64,000 nt of DNA from Desulfobacterales bacterium (GTDB lineage Bacteria; Desulfobacterota; Desulfobacteria; Desulfobacterales; UBA2174). The position numbers and the translations under genes were made by a program. A model generated the notes under the pieces. That model was not told the DNA's origin. It saw only the letters and a program-made list of their open reading frames with translations, and did no database searches. Positions 1 to 10,324 of the stretch are shown piece after piece. How positions within the stretch are numbered: position 1 is the first letter of the stretch; the number at the start of each line of letters is the position of its first letter. The DNA lies in contig CAXXWC010000020.1 in assembly GCA_963668645.2 (NCBI GenBank), positions 64,001 to 128,000 on the forward strand, in the 5' to 3' direction.

Positions 1-614
1 TTCGCCAGGATCAGCTCGAAAGCGGGGTTCAAATTTTCCAGGGGTGTATCCACCACCCTCATCCGATCCTGAAGCCCGTTGATCCGCGCGTTTTGCTTTG
101 CCTCCCACAAAGCGCTGGGATCGATGTCCAGCCCTAGCGCCGATGCCGCTCCGAGAAGCAGGGCCGCAATGGCCAAAATTCCCGAACCGGTACCCACATC
201 CAGCACACGTGCCGCAAAGCCCAGGGCATCGGCCGCAGTGATTTCATCGATGGCTTGCAGCGCCAGACGAGTCGTTGGATGATCGCCGGCGCCGAAAGAT
301 GCCCCCACCGAGAGGCGTAGTCCAACTCGGCCTTTGCCTTGGTCCGGCAATGGTTGAGCCGTTTCCGGGATCAAAGATATTCTGGTGGATATATTGCGGC
401 CGTGAAGGTAGGAAATTTCTAAGAAGGTCCTGCCCAATTGCTGGACATAAACCAGGCTGCCGCCGGCCAGCAGATTGCCCACCGCATCGGCAACGGCTTG
501 CCGGTCGGCGGCGATATCCCGGCGGGCTGCACGGACCAGATCGATGAAGGTCAACCGGCGGCAGGACGTGCCGAGACGGTTTACCAGATACGCTTCAATC
601 TGCGAGGGCGCCAT
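1..614 (-). CDS. PrmA-like class I SAM methyltransferase with atypical N-terminal domain (runs off left edge)
   Basis: Not in the ORF track. My translation from ATG 614: MAPSQIEAYLVNRL...GASFGAGDHPTTRLALQAI...RVLDVGTGSGILAIAALLLGA...GLDIDPSA...FELILA; GGAGGGAG RBS upstream. Confidence 0.85.
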   Translation of the reverse strand, partial: MAPSQIEAYLVNRLGTSCRRLTFIDLVRAARRDIAADRQAVADAVGNLLAGGSLVYVQQLGRTFLEISYLHGRNISTRISLIPETAQPLPDQGKGRVGLRLSVGASFGAGDHPTTRLALQAIDEITAADALGFAARVLDVGTGSGILAIAALLLGAASALGLDIDPSALWEAKQNARINGLQDRMRVVDTPLENLNPAFELILA

Positions 615-655
615 CCGCCATCACTCCCTCCGAGTGACAGAAAGCTTAAAAGATC

Positions 656-1021
656 TCAATCATCCAACCAGGGAGGCTGTTGACCTTCACTTTCCAGCAA
701 CGCCCGGTACCAAACGGCAAATTCATACATGGCGATGTACCGATCGTCGCTGTTGATCAGCCCGAGCGCCATATCGAGTACGGCCTGCCCATATGAATTG
801 GAATATTTTTCATTCTCCCGCGACCAGAGGAATTCGCGAAATAACTCAATCGAGGTGCGCCGTGTGGTGTCGCGCCGAATTTCAATGGGGTCTTTAGGCT
901 CCAAAAAAGGATCCCATTTATCATAGCCCCGGCGCAGAATATGTTTCTGCCGCCGGGGTGCCATGGCATCGAAAACCGCTCGTTTGCGTGCATCACGGTC
1001 TTCAGGAGTGAACTCGCTCAT
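656..1021 (-). CDS. Hypothetical protein, 121 aa
   Basis: Protein-like ORF, 4-nt overlap with upstream YkgJ gene, co-oriented. Confidence 0.75.
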   Translation of the reverse strand: MSEFTPEDRDARKRAVFDAMAPRRQKHILRRGYDKWDPFLEPKDPIEIRRDTTRRTSIELFREFLWSRENEKYSNSYGQAVLDMALGLINSDDRYIAMYEFAVWYRALLESEGQQPPWLDD

Positions 1022-1713
1022 GGCGCATCTCCCTTGGCCTTGTCTTCGGTCGTCTCCTCGTCGATTCCCAGATATGCATCATCGTAGCTGGTTAGCAGGG
1101 CCATGGAAAGGGGGACGAGCAGATCGACCAGCTTGATGTTGCGCGAGCCGATGTCGCGAAGCAGGGTCGCCGATATCTCCTGTAATCGGGCATGAATCAG
1201 GTCTAGATAAACCGTCGGATAAGAATTTCCCGGCTCAAAGCCGCTCAGCCCGCAGGTGTGCCCGCTGCCATCAATCGCCGTCGGAATTCCGTAAAGACGG
1301 CAAGTAATGGGGCGATAGGCATAAAGCGCACATTGTCCCTCGTCATTCAAGAGCGGACAGGCAACGCGCATTTCACCCAGCCTTTCGAGAACCGTCGTTT
1401 CATTTTCCCCTTCAGCCACGGCCTTGGCCGCATCGCGCTTGATACGGGCCAGCTGGCGATCGACCCGATTGGCCTTGTCTAACAGGGCCGCTTGTTGGGC
1501 CTCGGTCAAGGTTTCAGAAAAGCGTGTGTGGATATAGATGGACTCGATCAATGAGAGATCGAATAATGCTAAACAGCAGTCCGAGCAACCGAGGCGGCAT
1601 CGAACTTCGTCCGGATACGCCGCCTTGACCCGCTCGAAGGCGGCATCCACCTTGGCCACCAAAGCCTCATACATCTCGAAATAGGGATTTAGATCTGTCT
1701 TCATCTTCTCCAC
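1018..1713 (-). CDS. YkgJ-family (CxxxCxxCC) cysteine-cluster protein
   Basis: CRLGCSDCC and CPLL...CALYAYRPITCRLYG motifs. Confidence 0.85.
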   Translation of the reverse strand: MEKMKTDLNPYFEMYEALVAKVDAAFERVKAAYPDEVRCRLGCSDCCLALFDLSLIESIYIHTRFSETLTEAQQAALLDKANRVDRQLARIKRDAAKAVAEGENETTVLERLGEMRVACPLLNDEGQCALYAYRPITCRLYGIPTAIDGSGHTCGLSGFEPGNSYPTVYLDLIHARLQEISATLLRDIGSRNIKLVDLLVPLSMALLTSYDDAYLGIDEETTEDKAKGDAP

Positions 1714-1753
1714 CTTTCACAGTGCCGAGCAGATCCTGAATTGCCCCACATCC

Positions 1754-1769
1754 TGTTTCACGTGAAACA
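1754..1769. promoter_or_regulatory. parS site (ParB-binding centromere)
   Basis: Perfect 16-bp palindrome TGTTTCACGTGAAACA, intergenic just downstream of mnmE. Confidence 0.93.
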
Positions 1770-1795
1770 ACCCACCGCCTCGATCTGTGAAGCGA

Positions 1796-3208
1796 TTATT
1801 TTCCGATGCAAAACTGCGCGAAAATGCGATCCAAGCTATCGGCGCTGATTTGTCGTCCTGAGGCGTTGTCCAGGCACGAAAGAGCCTCTTTGAGATCGGA
1901 AACCGCCAATACCGCCCCTTGGCCTGAAGTATCCAAAACCCCGGCGGCACGCTCCAGGGCCTCGCAGGCCAGTTCAAAAAGGCGGTGTTGCCTCAGGTTG
2001 GGAATCACATCCAGCTCCGCTTCATCTAGCGGCGTTGCGGCCAAATCAATAATCGCCGCTTCCAGAAGGCATAGATCCTTGTCATAGCGCGCCGAGATTT
2101 TAACCATCGGCCATTTAGGCCATGATTCGGGAATGGATACCCGCCTCGGATCTTCGACCAGGTCCATCTTGTTGCAGACTATCAGAACGTTGCGATTCTC
2201 GATCAATCGCCGTATTTGTTCGTCTTCTTGATTAAGGCTTCTTCCGGCGTCCAGCACAAAAAGGATGATTTCACAATCGTCCAGGCATTCGACGGTTTTT
2301 TCCATGCTCGAGAGATCGAGGACTTCTTGACTCTGTCCCAGGCCTGCGGTGTCGGTCAGGATCAGCGGCAGATCTCCAATTTTCAAAAAAATGTCGACAC
2401 GGTCCCGGGTCGTGCCCGGCCGATCGGACACAAGAACCCGATCGGCACAAACAAGCCGGTTGACCAGGCTCGACTTTCCCACATTGGGGCACCCGATCAC
2501 CGCGATTCTCAATCCTTCCACGAAAGGCTGCGCGTTCCGGTAGCCGCGCATCATGAGCTGCAAAGCGGGCAATACATCATCTTGGATTTTTCGCAGGGCA
2601 TCCGCCTCTGCTTCGATGGGTTCGATCTCTTCGCCGAATTCGATGCCGGCTTCGATTTCGCTCACGATCTGGGCAACCGCTTCGCGAATCTCATCGAAAC
2701 GGCGCCCCAACCCCCCTTCGAGACGTTTGCCGGCCGCCTGCAATGCTTTGGTGCTTCTCGAATGGATCGTTTCGGCGACGGCTTCGGCCTGGCAAAGGTC
2801 GATGCGCCCGTTGAGCCAGGCCCTGCGTGTGAATTCTCCCGGCTCTGCAAGCCTGGCACCGCTTTTCAATACCGATTCAAGAATCGCCTTTAGGCATTGA
2901 TAACCGCCATGACTGTTGATTTCCACCACATCTTCCGCGGTATAGCTATGGGGGGCCAACATTACCCCCACCAGCACCTCATCGAGGATTTCCCCGTTTT
3001 CAGCCGAATGAATCCATCCATGGTAGAGCCGATGAGACTCACCCCGCAAGATATGGCTTGAATCGGGTGTCGATTCTCGCCCGGATCGAAAAAGAGCGCC
3101 TACGATGTCCAGGGCCCCGGGGCCGGACAATTTTACGATCCCGATACCCGCAAAGCCCTTGGCCGTGGCAATCGCCGCGATGGTATCGTGTTGATACAAA
3201 CTGTTCAT
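1796..3208 (-). CDS. mnmE: tRNA modification GTPase MnmE
   Basis: DTIAAIAT, GEFTRRA, GCPNVGKSS, GTTRD, DTAG, NKMD, C-terminal FCIGK; start set at ATG 3208. Confidence 0.96.
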   Translation of the reverse strand: MNSLYQHDTIAAIATAKGFAGIGIVKLSGPGALDIVGALFRSGRESTPDSSHILRGESHRLYHGWIHSAENGEILDEVLVGVMLAPHSYTAEDVVEINSHGGYQCLKAILESVLKSGARLAEPGEFTRRAWLNGRIDLCQAEAVAETIHSRSTKALQAAGKRLEGGLGRRFDEIREAVAQIVSEIEAGIEFGEEIEPIEAEADALRKIQDDVLPALQLMMRGYRNAQPFVEGLRIAVIGCPNVGKSSLVNRLVCADRVLVSDRPGTTRDRVDIFLKIGDLPLILTDTAGLGQSQEVLDLSSMEKTVECLDDCEIILFVLDAGRSLNQEDEQIRRLIENRNVLIVCNKMDLVEDPRRVSIPESWPKWPMVKISARYDKDLCLLEAAIIDLAATPLDEAELDVIPNLRQHRLFELACEALERAAGVLDTSGQGAVLAVSDLKEALSCLDNASGRQISADSLDRIFAQFCIGK

Positions 3209-3296
3209 CCAACCGCATATCCTTTCAAAAACGGCATCAATCCAGGATAGGCGCCATTCCAGAGACTCGACCCGCCCTGCCCGCGGCAACACCGCT

Positions 3297-5017
3297 TCAG
3301 GTGTTCTTTTGATAAATGTAGTACTGCTGGGCGATGGATACCAGGTTGTTGATCAGCCAGTAGAGAACCAATCCGGAAGAAAAGTTGACAAAAATAACGG
3401 TGAAAATAATCGGCATGAAGGTCATCATCTTGGCTTGCGTCGGATCGCCGGGGGTGGGAGTCATCTTTTGCTGCAAGAACATGGTGGCCCCCATGATCAG
3501 CGTCAGTACCGGAATGCCGTAGGGCGGCTCCATCATCGGCACGGTGACGTCAAAGCTGAAAAGACGGTCCGGGGCCGACAGATCGTTTATCCACCCGAAA
3601 AAGGGCGCGTGGCGCAGTTCGATGGCTTCGTAAAGCATCCGGTATAGAGCGAAAAACACCGGCAACTGAACCAGCATCGGCAAACATCCACCCAGCGGAT
3701 TGACCTTGTAAACCCGATAGAGACCCATCATCTCTTCGTTCATTCGCTTTTTATCGTTCTTGTATTTTTCACGAATTTCGGTCATCAGCGGTTGCATGCG
3801 CCGCATTTCATTCATGGATTTGTAGCTTTTGTTCCCCAGTGGCCAAAGAAGAAGCTTGGTCAACAGGGTCAAAAGAATAATCGCGATGCCGTAGTTGGGA
3901 ATAAATCCGTGCACCCAGTTCATGAACCACAAACATGGCTTGGCAATGAAATCAAACATCCCGAAATCGATTGCCCGCTCCAATTCGAGACCGTATTGCT
4001 TCAGTATATCCATCCGCTTCGGGCCGAAATAGAGCTGATATTGGGTGCTAAACGCCTGGCCCGGCAAGATCTCCTGCGCCGGATCGACGAGCTTGCTGTT
4101 GAGCACATTGTCCTCTTTATGGCTCAACTCCATGACGGCATCCGTATTGACCGCCATTGCCAGGGCGCTTAGAAAATACCGATTCTGAACGGCAATCCAA
4201 CGAATTTTTCCTGGATAGGTGTTTTGATCTTCGATATCGCCGATGTCGACCTGCTTCAATTTTCCGTTAATCAAGGCGCTTGGACCGGAAAATCCGTACC
4301 GATCCTTTTTTTTGGGCTGCATTTGGGAAATGCCGGCGTAGAGCTGTGCCGAAATAGGCTGGCTCGACCCATTGGTGACCACAACATCCATGTCTATAAT
4401 GTAGCTGTCCGGCTTAAATTTGAATATCTTTTCAACACGCAAGCCGTCGGCGCGCAAATAACGCATGGTCAAATTCAAAGGGCCTTTGTCGACTTTGATT
4501 TTTTGAGCATCGTTGTCGGCTGTGAAAACCGGCGACTGGAGCAAATTGGCACCGTTTCCCGTTAGCCCGATCCATCCACTGCCCGGATGTACATTTCTGT
4601 CCAGCAACAAATATGGTTTGGCGTCTTTGGAAACGTCCTGGCGATAATCTTTAAGTTCGACACGCCTTACGATCCCGCCCTTTTCATCGATTTCGAGCCG
4701 GTAAAAGCGGTTTTCAATTTGCAGGCTCCGGGCCTTTTGGCCGGATACGCCCTCTTGCTTGTACGCCTGGCCTTGTTGCGCCGCAGTTGCTGCCATCGTG
4801 CGCTGCCCGCCGCTAATCGCGTCCTGCGGGTTGACACCAGCCGCCGTTTTTTGAGTGTCTTCTGCTTTCGAAGCGCTCGTTTTCCCACTGTCGCTCTGAA
4901 CGACGGCGGGCGCCTGAGCTTGCTGTTGAAGCGCGTCGCGGTCAACGAAAAAAAACTCCCAAACGAAAAACACGGCGAATGAGAGCAAAATGGCTAAAAA
5001 AATGCGGCATGTTCCAT
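3297..5017 (-). CDS. yidC: Membrane protein insertase YidC; apparent 1-nt frameshift in the first codons (open frame starts at TTG 4988)
   Basis: YFGPK, NYGIAIILLT, GGCLPMLVQLPVFFALY, WINDLSAPD, GLVLYW; follows yidD. Confidence 0.93.
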
Positions 5018-5151
5018 CGGTTTCTCGGCTCCAAATTTACAAACGACTCAACGATAGTGTTTGCGTCGAAAAATGGCTGCTCTTTATGAGATGCACGTTT
5101 TGGGCTGGTTTGGATCGCATTTGGCACAAAGATGGCTCAGCCATCTGCGCC

Positions 5152-5364
5152 TCAAGGAACAGGATCATAACCGCCTGGGTGAAACGGATGACACCGCAAC
5201 AGGCGCCTCAGGGCCATGAACCCACCGCGCCAAAAGCCATATCTGCCGATGGCCTGATAGGCATAGTCACTACACGACGGGTAGAAGCGGCATGCTGGCG
5301 GCAGCACAGGAGAAATGAGGTACTGGTAGCTGCGAATCAGCACTTTGGCGATCTTCTCCAGCAC
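5152..5364 (-). CDS. yidD: Membrane protein insertion efficiency factor YidD
   Basis: YQYLISP...[11 protein letters not shown]...[17 protein letters not shown] start inferred. Confidence 0.93.
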   Translation of the reverse strand: MLEKIAKVLIRSYQYLISPVLPPACRFYPSCSDYAYQAIGRYGFWRGGFMALRRLLRCHPFHPGGYDPVP

Positions 5365-5368
5365 GATT

Positions 5369-5731
5369 TCACCCCGGGTTCTGCCGCAGCAGCGGCTTGA
5401 ATAGCTGATCCAACGAGCATACCAGTACACTGTTTGAAAGAGATGCCGCCTGCCGCTTGGCGATTAAATTGATGTCCCAGGCATTTTTGATGATGTGCTT
5501 CCGGTGTCTGAAGAATTCCCGGCAGACGCGCTTGATCCGGTTGCGCGTCACCGCGCCGCCGACCTTTTTGGTAACGGTGATCCCGAGCCGCGAACACCCG
5601 GCTTGACTTCGATCATAGCAGAGGATGAACAGCGCATTTTGCAGCCGGCGCCCCCGGCGCGAAAGGTACAAAAAGCGTGAGCGTTGTAACAGCCGTTCTT
5701 CGCGCCCAAAGACAAAACGCCTGGTCCGCAT
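5369..5731 (-). CDS. rnpA: Ribonuclease P protein component
   Basis: [21 protein letters not shown] (RNR motif); between rpmH and yidD. Confidence 0.95.
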   Translation of the reverse strand: MRTRRFVFGREERLLQRSRFLYLSRRGRRLQNALFILCYDRSQAGCSRLGITVTKKVGGAVTRNRIKRVCREFFRHRKHIIKNAWDINLIAKRQAASLSNSVLVCSLDQLFKPLLRQNPG

Positions 5732-5774
5732 ACCACCTTCTGACCGGCTCCGGGCCAAGCGTTTCGAGCCTTGT

Positions 5775-5909
5775 TTAGACGGACAGCCTTCTGCGACCCT
5801 TGGCTCTTCTGCGGCTGATGACCTTGCGCCCGGCCTTGGTGGACATACGCTTGAGAAACCCATGGGTTCTGACCCGACGTTTGCGATGCGGTTGATAGGT
5901 CCTTTTCAT
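5775..5909 (-). CDS. rpmH: 50S ribosomal protein L34
   Basis: My translation: [44 protein letters not shown]. Confidence 0.97.
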   Translation of the reverse strand: MKRTYQPHRKRRVRTHGFLKRMSTKAGRKVISRRRAKGRRRLSV

Positions 5910-6047
5910 CATTCACCTTCCTTGGCCGCCGGGAGCGCTCAACGTTCTGCGGAGCCGGCCCGGGGCCGTTTTTTATATTTTTAATATTTTCGACAGCTTG
6001 AGCAATTCCTGCAAAATTGATTATTCAATCATGCCAGATCATGCTTG

Positions 6048-7664
6048 TCAAGCATCTTTTGTATCTTGCGTATCTTGATCAAAGATACCGTCTATCCTTT
6101 TGGCGGGCTTGGTTACGATTTCAAAGACATCGAACTGCTCCACGTGGAACTGTGGATTCGGATAGATGACAATCTGCTTTTCAAGACGCCGCTCCAGCGA
6201 GGAGAGCAGATAGTTTTCCTCCCCATGAAGCCGGTCGGCGATCTCCGGGTTGACCCGCAACATCAATCGGTCGCCGACCATGTCCTGCGCCTCTCGCAGG
6301 ATTTCTCTGTAAACATCATAACATATAGATTTTCTGCTAATCAGGTACCCCTCACCCTCGCAGTAAAAACACGGTTCACACAGGGTGTTGGTCAGACTCT
6401 TGCGGATTCGCTTGCGCGTCATCTGCACCAGCCCAAGCTCGGAGATGGGAAGGATGTGGGTCTTGCTGCGGTCTTTCTGGACGGCTTCTTTGAGGGCATT
6501 GAAAACCTTTTCCTGGTGCCCTTTTTTTTCCATGTCGATGAAGTCGATGACGATAATACCACCGATGTCACGCAAGCGGATCTGGTAGGCAATCTCTTTA
6601 ACCGCTTCAAGATTGGTCTTGAAAATGGTCTCTTCCAGATTATGCTTGCCCACGTATCGGCCGGTGTTGACGTCTATGGCGCAGAGGGCTTCGGTCTGCT
6701 CGATAACGATGTACCCCCCCGATTTTAGCCACACCTTCTTCTTCAGCGCCCGTGAAATGTCGCCTTCCAGATGGAAAGCGTCGAAAATCGGCTCGTTGCC
6801 TTCGTAAAGCTCCACCGATTTCCTCAACCCCGGCGCGCAGGTATCCAAAAAACAGAGCACTTGCTCGTAGCCGCTGCGCGAATCGATAACGACCTTGTCG
6901 GCTTCTTGGGTCAGCAGGTCTCGCACGGCACGCAAACTGACGTTGAGTTCCTTGTGCAACAGCGTCGGTGCGGCATTGTTGGCGTATTTTTTCTTGATGC
7001 TCTGCCATAATCGATCCAGAAAGGCCATCTCGGAGGCCATCACCTCTTGCTGGATCCCTTCTGCGGCCGTGCGAACGATATAGCCGTACTCGTTGGTGCG
7101 CAGTTCCGAGATGACCTGTTTCAGGCGCAGCCGCTCGGCCTCATCTTCGATTTTGCGCGACACGCCGATATGCTTCGAGTTGGGCATCATCACCAGAAAG
7201 CGCCCGGGCAAGGAGACGTGGCAGGTCACACGGGCGCCCTTGGTGCCGATGGGCGATTTGGCCACATGGACCAAAATTTCCTGGCCTTCGGTGAGCAGGT
7301 CCTCGATCCCCGGCCTTGGCGGCGCCTCGATCCACGGCTGTTCGCCATCCTCTCCGGACGAGTCAAGGATTTCCGCTCTATCCGGTTCTTGATCCAACTC
7401 ATCATCGGCCAGCAACTCATCCACGTCGTTCAGCGGTCCACCGAGCACATCACCGACGTAGATAAAGGCCGCCTGATTCAGTCCGATATCGACAAAGGCA
7501 GCCTGCATTCCAGGCAGAACCCGTTGCACCCGGCCCTTGTAAATATTTCCTGCTATATCCGATTCATCCTGTCGATGAATAAACAGTTCGACGATGGTGC
7601 CGTCTTCCAGCAGGGCCACACGTGTTTCATGCTCGGCCATGTTGACGATCAGTTTGCGAAACAT
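6048..7664 (-). CDS. rng: Rne/Rng-family ribonuclease (RNase G length)
   Basis: GNIYKGRVQRVLPGMQAAFVDIG, IDVNTG, GGIIVIDFIDM, CFYCEGEG. Confidence 0.93.
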   Translation of the reverse strand: MFRKLIVNMAEHETRVALLEDGTIVELFIHRQDESDIAGNIYKGRVQRVLPGMQAAFVDIGLNQAAFIYVGDVLGGPLNDVDELLADDELDQEPDRAEILDSSGEDGEQPWIEAPPRPGIEDLLTEGQEILVHVAKSPIGTKGARVTCHVSLPGRFLVMMPNSKHIGVSRKIEDEAERLRLKQVISELRTNEYGYIVRTAAEGIQQEVMASEMAFLDRLWQSIKKKYANNAAPTLLHKELNVSLRAVRDLLTQEADKVVIDSRSGYEQVLCFLDTCAPGLRKSVELYEGNEPIFDAFHLEGDISRALKKKVWLKSGGYIVIEQTEALCAIDVNTGRYVGKHNLEETIFKTNLEAVKEIAYQIRLRDIGGIIVIDFIDMEKKGHQEKVFNALKEAVQKDRSKTHILPISELGLVQMTRKRIRKSLTNTLCEPCFYCEGEGYLISRKSICYDVYREILREAQDMVGDRLMLRVNPEIADRLHGEENYLLSSLERRLEKQIVIYPNPQFHVEQFDVFEIVTKPAKRIDGIFDQDTQDTKDA

Positions 7665-10171
7665 GGCGGATTCTCCTGCGGTGCCGCGGCACCGGTTCCT
7701 GTTTTGACGATGCGCAATCGTCTGATGACATCTTCACCGAGCCCCAAGACGCTTCGCAGGACATCTGCAGGCCGGACGACTGGGCCCTCAGAACTGCGGA
7801 TCTTGATGCCCAACGCCCCTTGTTCATGGATTTTGACCGACGATACGGCGTGCTTCAGGTCGATGCGCTGGGGCCTCCCCTTGGCGCTGGTTCTTTCCAG
7901 TATCCATTGGGGGGCCGCTTGAAATGCATCCAGCCGGCCGCGGTCAAAAATCTCTTCGCCCGGCAGCACGAGGTAATGGCTTTCCTGGTCGGCCCGGGTC
8001 CGATTACCCGCAACGGCCTCGGTCACCGATAGCCCTTTGGGCAGCCGCTGGTTGACCTGTTCAGGCAATTTTTCCAGCGCAACAGGCCTTGCCAAAACGG
8101 CCGTAAGGTGCTCATCGTAACTTTCGATCCCCACCGGCAGCGGATCGTCGAAAGAAATTTTGGGTTTGGGATGAAACCCGCCGGAAAAAAGAACCGGCAC
8201 ACCGGCGCAGCGCATGGCGCGCTGAAAGAGGCTGGCCGTTTCCAGATGCCCGAAAAACCGGGCCTCACCGCATTTGCGATACCCGATGCGGATCGGAAAG
8301 CCGCCGACCTCATTGGCGCTACTTCCCTTTTGCGCACCGGGGACATCCTGGGTCCGATAGACCACCGGAGCGATCTTTTTAAAATCACAAACCCCGCACC
8401 CGTGACAATCGCCTTGGCGGCAATCGGCGGTGGCATCTCCGGTCGTTGCCTTGCGACACTCTTTTTGGAGAAACGACTTTTGGACGCCGATATCGACATG
8501 GTCCCAGGGCAGCGGTTCGTCCAGATCACGCGCCCGGGTCACATAAAAAGCCGCATCGATGCCGCAGGCCGCCATCGCCTCTTTCCAGCGATCAAAACGA
8601 AACTGATCGCTCCATCCGTCGAAACGGCAACCTCGCCGATAGGCCTCGACCAGCAAGGGGGCCAGGCGGCGGTCCCCCCTGGCCCAGAGCCCCTCGAGCA
8701 TACTGACCTTCGGATCTTGCCATTTGAACTGGATTCCCGGCCGCGTCAACTGGCGGCGCAGCTTTTCGATTTTTTGGCTCGCCGTATCCAGATCGACTTG
8801 GGCGGCCCATTGAAAGGGGGTATGGGCCTTGGGGATAAAGGTGGCAACACTCACGTTGATCTGGCCTCGCCGGCCGCGTGCCGGCCGCATGCGTCCCAGA
8901 CGGGTGACCAAGTCGACGATGGCCGCCAGATCTTCGTCCTCTTCGGTGGGCAGCCCGATCATGAAATAGAGCTTGATGGTCTGCCACCCCAATTCGAACG
9001 CGTCCTGCACCGTTTCCAGTACATCGCTTTCGCAAATGTTTTTGTTGATCACATCGCGCAGCCGCTGGCTGCCCGCTTCCACGGCGATGGTGAAGCCGGT
9101 CTTGCGTACCCGCCGAATCTGTTGCATCAATCCCGGTCCCAGGGTCCCGGCCCTCAGGGAAGGAAGCGATACGGCGACATGCCGCGGGACACATTCGCTC
9201 ATCAAGGTCTCGGCCAGCGCATCGATGCGGCTGTAATCCCCGGTGCTCAAAGAGAGCAGTGAAATTTCGTCATACCCGGTTTCCGACAGGGTATGCCGTG
9301 CCATATCGAGAAGCCTGGCAGCCGAACGTTCACGAACCGGACGGTAAATCATCCCCGCCTGGCAAAACCGGCAGCCGCGGGTACAGCCGCGGGCGATTTC
9401 CAGGCGCAATCGATCATGAACCGGTCTGGCAAACGGGACCACCGGCCGATGAGGAAATGCCGCCCGGTCCAGATCCGCAACCACGGCCCGCTTGACACGG
9501 TCCGCCGCGTCGAGGGCTTTTAGATGCTGGAATCCCTGGCTGTCCACTTCCACCTGGTAGTGGCTGGGGATATAGACCCCTTCGATCCGCCCCCAGCGCT
9601 CCAGGAGTGTTCGGCGATCCTGCCTGTCCCATTCCATCCAGGCCTCGGCCATCTGCATGATCACCGTTTCCCCGTCTCCCACCACCATGGCATCGAAAAA
9701 CGGCGCCATCGGCTCCGGATTACAGGTGCACGGACCGCCGGCGATAATCAGCGGGTGGGAAGCCTGGCGCTCGGCCGCGTAAAAGGGAATCCCGGCCCGT
9801 TCCAGCATGGCCAGCACATTGGTAAAGTTCAGTTCGTAGAGCAGGGAAAAACCGATAATATCGAAATTTCGCAGCGGGACTCGGCTTTCCAGGCTGCAAA
9901 GGGCCAGACGGTTGGCAGCCAGGGCCGCATCCATATCCACGCCCGGCGCGAAGACCCGTTCGGCGGCAATTCGCGGGTCCTGGTTGAGAATATGATAAAG
10001 GATTTGAAGCCCGAAATGGGATGTACCGATCTCATACAGATCCGGAAAGGCCAAGGCCACCCGCAGCCGGACATGGTCGACATTTTTGTGAATGGCATTT
10101 ATTTCGGTACCCAGGTACCGGCTCGGTTGTTCGACGTCACCAAGCAGGTCTTGAAGGCCTGCGATTGTCAT
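7649..10171 (-). CDS. B12-binding radical SAM protein with C-terminal radical-SAM-linked domain (TIGR03960/TIGR03936-like)
   Basis: FPDLYEIGTSH, RGCTRGCRFCQAG, LPWDH, FSGGFHPKPKISF; adjacent to rng. Confidence 0.88.
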   Translation of the reverse strand: MTIAGLQDLLGDVEQPSRYLGTEINAIHKNVDHVRLRVALAFPDLYEIGTSHFGLQILYHILNQDPRIAAERVFAPGVDMDAALAANRLALCSLESRVPLRNFDIIGFSLLYELNFTNVLAMLERAGIPFYAAERQASHPLIIAGGPCTCNPEPMAPFFDAMVVGDGETVIMQMAEAWMEWDRQDRRTLLERWGRIEGVYIPSHYQVEVDSQGFQHLKALDAADRVKRAVVADLDRAAFPHRPVVPFARPVHDRLRLEIARGCTRGCRFCQAGMIYRPVRERSAARLLDMARHTLSETGYDEISLLSLSTGDYSRIDALAETLMSECVPRHVAVSLPSLRAGTLGPGLMQQIRRVRKTGFTIAVEAGSQRLRDVINKNICESDVLETVQDAFELGWQTIKLYFMIGLPTEEDEDLAAIVDLVTRLGRMRPARGRRGQINVSVATFIPKAHTPFQWAAQVDLDTASQKIEKLRRQLTRPGIQFKWQDPKVSMLEGLWARGDRRLAPLLVEAYRRGCRFDGWSDQFRFDRWKEAMAACGIDAAFYVTRARDLDEPLPWDHVDIGVQKSFLQKECRKATTGDATADCRQGDCHGCGVCDFKKIAPVVYRTQDVPGAQKGSSANEVGGFPIRIGYRKCGEARFFGHLETASLFQRAMRCAGVPVLFSGGFHPKPKISFDDPLPVGIESYDEHLTAVLARPVALEKLPEQVNQRLPKGLSVTEAVAGNRTRADQESHYLVLPGEEIFDRGRLDAFQAAPQWILERTSAKGRPQRIDLKHAVSSVKIHEQGALGIKIRSSEGPVVRPADVLRSVLGLGEDVIRRLRIVKTGTGAAAPQENPPCFAN

Positions 10172-10324
10172 GATAGGTCACTTTCATTTGCACGCACGGC
10201 CTTCTCGATAGATTGCCGCGCAGAATCGACAGTCAATTCCCCGGCGGTCCGGATACCCCGCCGAGTACTGTTTCAAAGAGCCAAAATGCCAGATATCTCT
10301 TTGGGAAACAAGCGAAAACCCAGA

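Noticed and set aside
9524..10324. N-terminal extension of the DegP ORF (similar extensions on lon, arnA, gmhB, recD2)
   Set aside because: Overlaps real neighbouring genes; signal peptide, RBS or family start lies downstream
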